A stretch of 64,000 bases of DNA, taken from the NCBI GenBank assembly GCA_951406725.2, contig OX597822.1, forward strand, positions 7,874,001 through 7,938,000, in the 5' to 3' direction. The first letter of the stretch is position 1. Each line of letters starts with the position of its first letter. The stretch is from Octopus vulgaris (taxonomy: Eukaryota). Both the position numbers and the translations under genes were made by a program. The notes under the pieces were generated by a model that was not told the origin of the DNA, did no database searches, and saw nothing but the letters and a program-made list of their open reading frames with translations. Positions 55,394-64,000 of the stretch are shown here, one piece after another.

Positions 55394-55830
55394 GGCGCAG
55401 GAGTGGCTGTCATAGGCGCAGGAGTGGCTGTGTGGTAAGTAGCTTGCTAATAACCAACCACATGGTTCCGGGTTCAGTCCCACTGTGTGACATCTTGGGC
55501 AAGTGTCTTCTGCTATAGCCCCGGGCCGACCAATGCCTTGTGAGTGGATTTGGTAGATGGAAACTGAAAGAAGCCTGTCGTATATATGTATATATATATA
55601 TGTATGTGTGTGTGTTTGTGTGTCTGTCTTTGTCCCCCTAGCATTGCTTGACAACCGATGCTGGTGTGTTTACGTCCCCGTAACTTAGCGGTTCTGCAAA
55701 AGAGACCGATAGAATAAGTACTGGGCTTACAAAGAATAAGTCCTGGGTCGATTTGCTTGACTAAAGGCGGTGCTCCAGCATGGCCGCAGTCAAATGAGTG
55801 AAACAAGTAAAAGAGTAAAAGAGTAAAGAG
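55390..55830 (+). mobile_element. SINE family B, full length, with duplicated 5' 21 bp
   Basis: CATAGGCGCAGGAGTGGCTGT occurs twice, then the standard body and (GTAAAAGA)n tail. Confidence 0.93.
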
Positions 55831-57639
55831 TATACTCATATACATATATAAATACTCATGTACATATATATATATAATATAGATAGATAGATTGATAGAT
55901 AGATATTTTATGTATACATACACGCACCCAGTCAAGTTATGGTTTTATTGTAACTCGTATCTCTTGTTATTTTTTGACCGGAGGGTGAGTAAATACAGGA
56001 TATATTAATGACGACCGTGTTCCGGTTTAGTAATCACAATCACTTTTACGTGGAGAATTTAGATTGTTGATACGTTGTTTATAACATTTATATGCCACTA
56101 GAATTTGCCGTTCCCCGTGCTATCAATTTCATCAAAGCTGAAACTCATAACAGATTTTCTAGAGTAAGCCTTAGTTGTGCTCGAGTTTCCAGTCTCATAA
56201 ATAGTTTAAATGTTCATTTCTTATTTTATTTTAAAATTTATTTATTATCAATAAACTTATGTGGTGTTTGCTTTTTAAATTTTCTTTACCATATGCAATA
56301 ATTTCGTAATTTCATTTTATATTTCACATCTAGGGACGATGCAATTTTCCTCTATTTCTGTTTATATTGAACTTAATAAATTATGATTCTCAACCTTCAG
56401 TTCACTTTGATAGCATAGAGATAAAAAGTTATGAAAACTGTATTGACCCATAGAAATCGAATTCTTTTCAAAAAGCATGAACCATAGAAAATTCATACGA
56501 ACGCAGTAGGTTAGCTTAGACTGAAAATATAAATAATATCTTAATGATAGATATCATTCATGCGGTTGGAGAAATGAAAGGGCACGTGGAATCAGACGTG
56601 TCTTGGATGTAATTGATTTATAGGATGGGATGTAATGACAATTATATGATATCGTTGAAGGAAATTTTAGCTGGAGATCTACTTCTCTTCGCAGTTAGCG
56701 TTTATCGGTAAGTAATATGTTGCATTGATAGTTTCTCACCCTTTCAAGTACCTAAACTTATTTTCTGTTAAAGTTACGATACATCCTTAGATATTCTCAG
56801 TTAATTATTGGTTAATATTCCTCTCTATACTTGCCTAATATAGCCTCCATTTTATGTACAGCATTTCAATAGAGCTAGTATTTATTTCTGAATATTCATT
56901 ATATATTCTTTGTGTCTTGTATTTTCTTTATAGTTCAAAGTGATTTCTTACATATACAACGCAAATTGCTCCCTTTCGACTTTCATAAAAAATATGAACA
57001 GAATACACTCTGGACTTTAATATATAGGTTTCTTTATGAATTTATGCTTTTATGTACTGCAAAAAAATTGACTTTCCCCTAATTCTACGTAAAAATATAC
57101 CAATGATCCCTATGAAGGGGATATTGCTAAAGGAATTTGGATTTTTTTTTCCTTTTCATCGACGAAAATTCCATAGTAATATTCATTCTGAAATAACATG
57201 AATGAAAATGTGGCTCTATTTCTATATTGGCTTTATACTCGCTTGACTTGTGTCTGCATTAATAAAGATTTATACGCTGATGCAGAAACATCAGTATTCG
57301 GAAAGTTCTGTGTTAGCAGAAACTTGGATTATATCAGCCGTTAGATGAAATATTTGATGCATGAAACAAAATCGAAACTGCGATACCCCATATTAAAGCG
57401 CATGCATTTAATTGTGAATAGCTACGTCGTTATGAACGGTTGATCTTTTTTACAACTGTAATGATGGCGGCGAAATAGCTCGCTACAACTGAAAGTCAAA
57501 TTTAAACCACTTTTACATTGGACTTAGAACTCTGCCTTTCTTTACTCATTTTACTGAATATTTTCAAAGGCGTTAAGGTAGAAGCCTATATATTAAACAA
57601 CTGCATGAGTCGTATTAATTTTCATACTTATTAATCGAT

Positions 57640-57750
<111 letters not shown>

Positions 57751-57812
57751 GTATATATATATATATATAAATATATATGTACATATATATATATGCATAT
57801 ATACACACACAT

Positions 57813-57845
<33 letters not shown>

Positions 57846-58099
57846 CACTCATACACACGCACACATAAATATGTATATTGTAACAATGCTTGTGATATAT
57901 CAAAAACTTATGACTCCAATATTTAAACTAACTATTTTCCAGGAGATGACTTCTATGTTATTGTAATAACGAATCCAAACATACTGGGATTATAGGTTGA
58001 TAGAAATTTACATCTTCTTTTTGAAAAACACAACCTACATTGAATGCTCTTCGAAAACGTACTGTGTGAGAGTTTTACATACAGTGATAAGAGCAAATC

Positions 58100-58186
58100 T
58101 AACGTCAGCGGAGTTTGAACTCAGAATGTGCTAGAAGATATGCCACTAAACATTTTGCCAGACACGCTAACGATCCAGCCAGCTCA
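58100..58186 (-). mobile_element. SINE family C head fragment
   Basis: GAGCTGGCTGGATCGTTAGCG..TCTGAGTTCAAACTCCGC. Confidence 0.65.
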
Positions 58187-58682
58187 AGTACTGAAGTGAA
58201 TTTGAACTTCATTTGAACTTTAACTCTGAATTCTTCATCGAGTAATAAGTCTACGTATTCAAGAGTGGCTATAACAGAAATCCAAGGCTTGACGTATAAC
58301 GCACATACACACACATAAAAAAATATATTAATATATATATATATACATATATATTAGTGGATAGATCAGCGGGTTCGCAAGCATGAGATAGTGAATGTCA
58401 TTCCCCGACCGGACTTTTTATTGTGTTCTATTAGTAGCTTTAAAAAATATTGCGTATATTAAATAATATTTATCGCTCATAAAATGGTAATTTTTTCTGG
58501 ATCTTACCTTCAACGGAACAGTAAATCATATATATATATACATTTTATATATTCATAAAGATTATAATGGTGAGAGGAATATAAACAAACATAATGGTAG
58601 ATTCAGTTGTATGCGTGAAGTGCGTTTGTGCATGTGTATTCAATTATGTATTAGTGAATAGCTTTGATTTCTTATACCAATG

Positions 58683-58769
<87 letters not shown>

Positions 58770-59681
58770 AGAGAGAGAGAGAGAGAGACACTGTATGTAT
58801 GAGGTAGTGTATTTGTGTGCACGTGTGTGTGTTTCCACGAAAATGTCGCATATAATTGTATAGAATAAGAGAAGACATTCTCATATGTCCTGTAAGAAAT
58901 ATATTTATACATTTTCCACATGCATATGAATATCTACTCACGGGCTATAGAATTTTGAATGCTTTCGTTTAAGATTCGATCAATATTTATGGAATGATTG
59001 AAAACGTTTATTATGCGTCATGGAAAGAAAAAAATGCATATCAAACAGAAAACAATTAATAGATATATTTCAGCTGAAGTTGAAAGTTTTCATTTTTAAT
59101 CTCCAATTTACGGATCACTTGACATTTACTTTTCTTATGGGAAAGCCAAGAATTAATTGGATCCTGTATTGTTATTCCTTTTTATCCCGTTTTTCAGTGT
59201 AGGTGATATTAATATTTTCAAATATATATTTTAAGAAATATTTATTTGACAATTCTTAGATTACTATATACGTGGAATCGTATAATCAGGTGAGAGATAA
59301 AAAAAATGCAACGCGTTTTTAAGTCACGTCTCATGAAGAAGACTTTTCAAAATCTAGCGAAATAAATTTTAGTTTACGCATATTGTTGTCGCATAAAAAA
59401 AAAATAACTCTCAAGTATTCTTGCAAATCCTTTCGAAATTCAAATCCCTCATTCTGATTGCAAATTCTTATTATTTGATATATTTAATACCACTAAGCTA
59501 GTTTTCATTTCCTCCAATTTGGAAGAAAACACCATCGACCTCAAATGTTTCCACAACCGCAGGAGCATGATGCACACTTCTTGATGACCTTGAAAAATTA
59601 CAATCTAGTTTTTAAGCATAACATGTTGGACAACACTCGCATATTTACCTTTTGACCTACAGACTTAAAAAATAATTTTTT

Positions 59682-60318
59682 GTAACTAAGCACTTTTAAA
59701 CTTCGGACACTGGTAGAATGTGTCATATAAAACATCTTTTACTCTTAATATTTTTGAGAAAAGCTTATATTTACGAGGTTATTTCATGTTAAAGTTCTCG
59801 TATTTCGGTAATTTCAACCGAAAATCAATGAGGTGTATTCAGCTGAATAAAATTACTGCCATTGTCTGTCAACAACATATGTCGGTTGTGTATTTCTCGT
59901 TTGTCTCTATTATTTATGACATCGTTCGTGCGTTTGTACTGGTTTTAAGGTTTTAGAGTTAGGGATTTAGGATTAGGGTGAAGGTTTTAGGTTAGGGTTA
60001 GTGTTTTAGGGTTAAGGTTAGGATTTTAGGGTTAGGGTGTTACGGTTAGTGTTTTAGGGTTAGTGTTTTAGGATTAGGGTTGTCAGAAATAACACTGACA
60101 AACAAAATATACACTGCTGGAAGTTCTTGTTGACAAACAACAGCAGAAATTTTATTCAGCTGAATACACGTTATTGATTAGTTGAAATTGCCGAAATAGG
60201 ACAACTTTTACGTGAAATAACTTCGTAAACATAAGATTTTTCTCAAAAATGCTAAGAGTAAAGGATGTTTCATTTGATACATTCTATCAGTGTCCGAAGT
60301 TTGAAAGTGTTTAGTTAC
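59682..60318. mobile_element. Foldback/MITE-like element with about 240-bp inverted arms and a TTAGGG-like core
   Basis: 59682-59921 is an imperfect reverse complement of 60081-60318. The spacer is a degenerate TTAGGG array. Confidence 0.85.
59941..60080 (+). repeat. Interstitial telomere-like (TTAGGG-variant) array
   Basis: About 8 exact TTAGGG within a GTTTTAGGGTTAG-type higher-order repeat. Confidence 0.85.
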
Positions 60319-62028
60319 TAAAAAGATAAAAATCCCAACACTCTTTTAGCTAGTGTATATTTGATTGGACTATAAATATGGTAACATTTAAGATATAGTG
60401 CCATGGAAAACGAATGCGAGCAACCGTGCAAACAAAACCTTATGCGAAATGAAGTTGAATTTTCAACTAAATCTTCTGAGATGGATACTATAAAAAATTC
60501 AAATTATTTCATGCATAAGAAAATTTGATATCCAGTTAATCCAGGTGCTTCATGAAATGTTGGTATATGTAGATTATGATTGAAAGCTGTGTGGCATTGG
60601 AAAGAGGAGAGAACTTTCTTGCAGTCTGTGTGGCCTTTCAATGTGATTTCGTTGACAGAATCAAATATAAAAAGAGATCAAATTTGGCTGGTTCTTACTA
60701 GCATACATACATTTACTCTTAGTATAAATTTAGCGTTAAAATAGATAAATGCGAAATAACAAGGAAGTAAAGAAATAGTTGCGCTATAAATCTGTATTAT
60801 ATTCTCTGTCAACGTGTCATATATATATTTAGCTAATATATATGATGGTTCGATAATGTATTTTTAAATAAAACATCTGAATTCTTTTCAAAGTGTATTT
60901 GTATATGAATGAGTTTTATCAACATTCTTCCAGCACATTCATCTTCAATTCATGGGCATTACTTTTAGGCTATTATTCCGAAATTGCATCCCATAGCAAT
61001 TAGAAATAGTGAACGGTGTTGAGTGTAATAGAAAAATCTTGAAAATTATGTTAAAATATTTTTAAAATATATATAAAATTTACATTACTTCATTATATGC
61101 AATGCTATTTGTAATTCTTGAAAATCAGTGTGGTAACTAAATGCCAACAGATCAAACCCCATGCAATCGACTACCACACCATAGCATAAGTTTTATTAAT
61201 AGGAATGCGATTAAAATGTTATATATGTATGTATCTATGTATCCTATCCTGGAATTTTACGAGCCATATGATAAGTACCTTTATTGATATCCATTTGCCA
61301 GTTCGATATCAATAGGAAATATGGCTTATATATATAAGTCATATATAAGAGTGTGAGTATTTATCTACAGACGTATATATTCATGAATGTATATATTTAT
61401 CTACAGACATATGTACGAACGTATATATGACTGTATGTATATGTGCTTCTATATGTATGTGAACTTGTGTATGCGTGAATATGTTTATATATTTGGGGTG
61501 CGTCTATAGTTATGCATACATACACATCGCACTCGCAAATACATAAATATATTTCTCAGTGTCTTTGTAAGTCTTCTATTTATTCTATTCATTCTCAATT
61601 TAACTAATACGGATATATATCTGTTTCTTTTTTATATGAACGTTGTTTTTGTTTATTTGCCTATATAATACAGTGCTATTGAGATGAATACAAAAGCACT
61701 TTTATGTTCTGATACCTATGATTGACATCTTTACAATACTGATTTCATTGTTTGTCAAATAATTCTTGAAACATATGCTTTAATATATACTTACATAAGA
61801 CGTTTATAATTGACAACTTCCGCTGCCTTTTCTGTCGCTTTACATAGTTTTTCCTTTGTCTTCCTCTATATCATGCTCCCTACTCCCACCCTTTCGCCTC
61901 CCCTTCGACTTATTACCGAATCTTATGTACCTCTCACATTCGTACTTTCTCCCTTTATCCCCTCTCAGTATGGTTTCCCACAAAATGTGTTGTATATTTC
62001 ATATTGCTTAAAAATATTTTGTGCTTGG

Positions 62029-62413
62029 ATGGAAGCACTCCGTCGGTAACGACGACGAGGTTTCCGGTTGATCCGAATCAACGGAACAGCATGCTCGTGA
62101 AATTGACGTGTAAGTGGCTGAGCACTCCACAGACACGTGTACCCTTAACGTAGTTCTCAGGGATATTCAGCGTGACACAGAGAGTGACAAGGCCGGCCCC
62201 TTGAAATACAGGTACAACAGAAACAGGAAGTAAGAGTGAGAGAAAGTTGTGGTGAAAAAGTACGGCAGGGATCACCACCATCCCCTGCCGGAGACTCGTG
62301 GAGCTTTTTAGGTGCTTTCGCTCAATAAACACTCACAACGCCCAGTCTGGGAATCGAAACCGCGATACTATGACCGCGAGTCCGCTGCCCTAACCACTGG
62401 GCCATTGCGCCTC
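62029..62413 (-). mobile_element. tRNA-derived SINE family A
   Basis: Near-identical to 32259-32642. TSD-like ATTTTG(T/A)GCTTG on both sides. Confidence 0.93.
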
Positions 62414-62789
62414 CTCACATTTTGAGCTTGACTATCTGGTTCACCCGGTGCACGTTATTCGTATCTTTATAGCTATTTTTCATTAGGAAATTCTCCTGTT
62501 CGTGTTCTTTCTCCTCGTCTTGTTCGTGCTCCTCTTGCTCACCCTCCTTCACCTCTTGCTCCTTCACCTCTTCGTCTTCTTGTCTTTATTCTCCTCTACT
62601 ACTATGGTACTTTTTCTCTCACTGCTGGTATACGGTTCTTTACTATTTGTCTGCCACGAAACCAAATATGGGCATATCAATTCTGTGAGTTTTAACCATC
62701 TTTTCCCTTTTATGCATATCAGATTGGAAACTTCATTCAACTAACCAGTCAAACATTTATGACTTCATCAGATAAGTATTTGAATAGGA

Positions 62790-63098
62790 ATATGTATGCA
62801 ACTATGTATGTATGTCTGTCTGTATGTATGTATGTATGCATATATGTATGTATGCATGTATGTATGTATGTATGTATGTATGTATCTATGTATATATGTA
62901 TGTATGTAAGTATGTACGTATGTATGCATGTATGTATGTATGCATGCATGCATGCATGTATGCATGTATGTATGTATGCATGTATGTATGTATTCATGTG
63001 TGTATGTATATATGTATGTATGTATGTAAGTATGTATGTATGTATGTATGCATGCATGTATGTATGTATGTATGCAAGCATATATGTATGTATGTATG

Positions 63099-63132
<34 letters not shown>

Positions 63133-63200
63133 TGTATGTATGTATGTATGTATGTGTGTATGTATGTATGTGTGTATTTATGTATTTATGTGTGCATGTT
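62790..63200. repeat. Long imperfect (GTAT)n microsatellite
   Basis: About 400 bp of TATG/CATG units. One of dozens of (TA)n, (CA)n, (TAA)n and (TATC)n arrays in the window. Confidence 0.95.
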
Positions 63201-63486
63201 TGTGATAGTTTATAATGAATGGTCTTCAAAATTTCATTGGCTGGGGTTGGGAATTTGCAATAATACCAACAGGATACGAACCATGAAGTGTCGTTAACGA
63301 AAACATGCATAATAGAGTAAATACAATAAGTTTAAATTCCAAAACTAAAGCCTCCGAATATTATAATATAATATAATATAAAATAATATATGTCAACAGT
63401 GTATACGACGTAACATGATATGACAAAATATATGTGTGTGAGCCTGTATGTGTATGCTTCTGCGTATGTATAGGTATATATATATA

Positions 63487-64000
63487 CGAGAAGCGTTCAA
63501 TAAGTAATGCTCTTGACCCACTTGCATTTATTTGATCTAGCTGAAATTTTGCATGTACAATTATTTATATCTTTATAAATTAAGTGGCAAATTACAGCTC
63601 TGAACTAATTGTGGTTTCTGATTTACAGGTGTTTGAACTGAGTCAAGTGTGAAATGGAGCCTGTTGAGTGTCGAGCAGTGATCCGGTTTTTGTATTTGAA
63701 AGAACGCACACTACGGAAACTTTTGATGAAATGAAAGTAACTTATGGTGATGATTCCCCATCATATGACCTTGCAAAACGCTGGCATCGTGAATTCAAAC
63801 ATGGTCGGAACTCTGTGGAAACAGCTCTCAGATCTGGTCGCCCCCTTCTGCCATTGATGAGGCATCTGTCCGTCATGTTGAGGCTGCCATTTTGGAAGAT
63901 CGACGCATAACTATTCGCCAAATAGCCCATGAGGTCAAGATTAGTACCGGGTCTGTGGAAACTATCATTCATGACCATTTGCATATGCAAAAGGTGTCTG
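63487..64000 (+). mobile_element. Mariner (irritans-like) element 5' portion, frameshifted, runs off the window
   Basis: TA|CGAGAAGCGTTCAATAAGT end. ATG at 63654 gives MEPVECRAVIRFLYLK..TYGDDSPSY..WHREFKHGRNSVE..RSGRP..EDRRITIRQIA. Confidence 0.88.

Overview
AT-rich, microsatellite-dense eukaryotic non-coding DNA. The SINE families and (TA)n/(TAA)n load strongly suggest an octopus/cephalopod genome (inference). No host protein-coding gene can be called with confidence. Nearly all ORF-track entries are microsatellite artefacts or transposon relics. Recognisable content: (1) a young, 5'-truncated Penelope-like retroelement of the Naiad type (8446-11980, minus) with RT and GIY-YIG split by one homopolymer frameshift, an inverted terminal duplication and an intact-looking type-I hammerhead ribozyme; (2) several decayed hammerhead-bearing or inverted-repeat Penelope-type terminal fragments; (3) three tRNA-like SINE families in many copies; (4) restriction-like-endonuclease LINE 3' ends (R4/Dong-like with TAA tails, one HERO-like) and CR1, Tx1 and RTE RT relics; (5) mariner, Tc1 and DD37D-like relics; (6) a non-autonomous Helitron; (7) a 28S rRNA D1 pseudo-fragment; (8) a foldback element with about 240-bp arms around a TTAGGG-like array. 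A few speculative exon candidates are flagged at low confidence. All calls were made by eye, without database searches.
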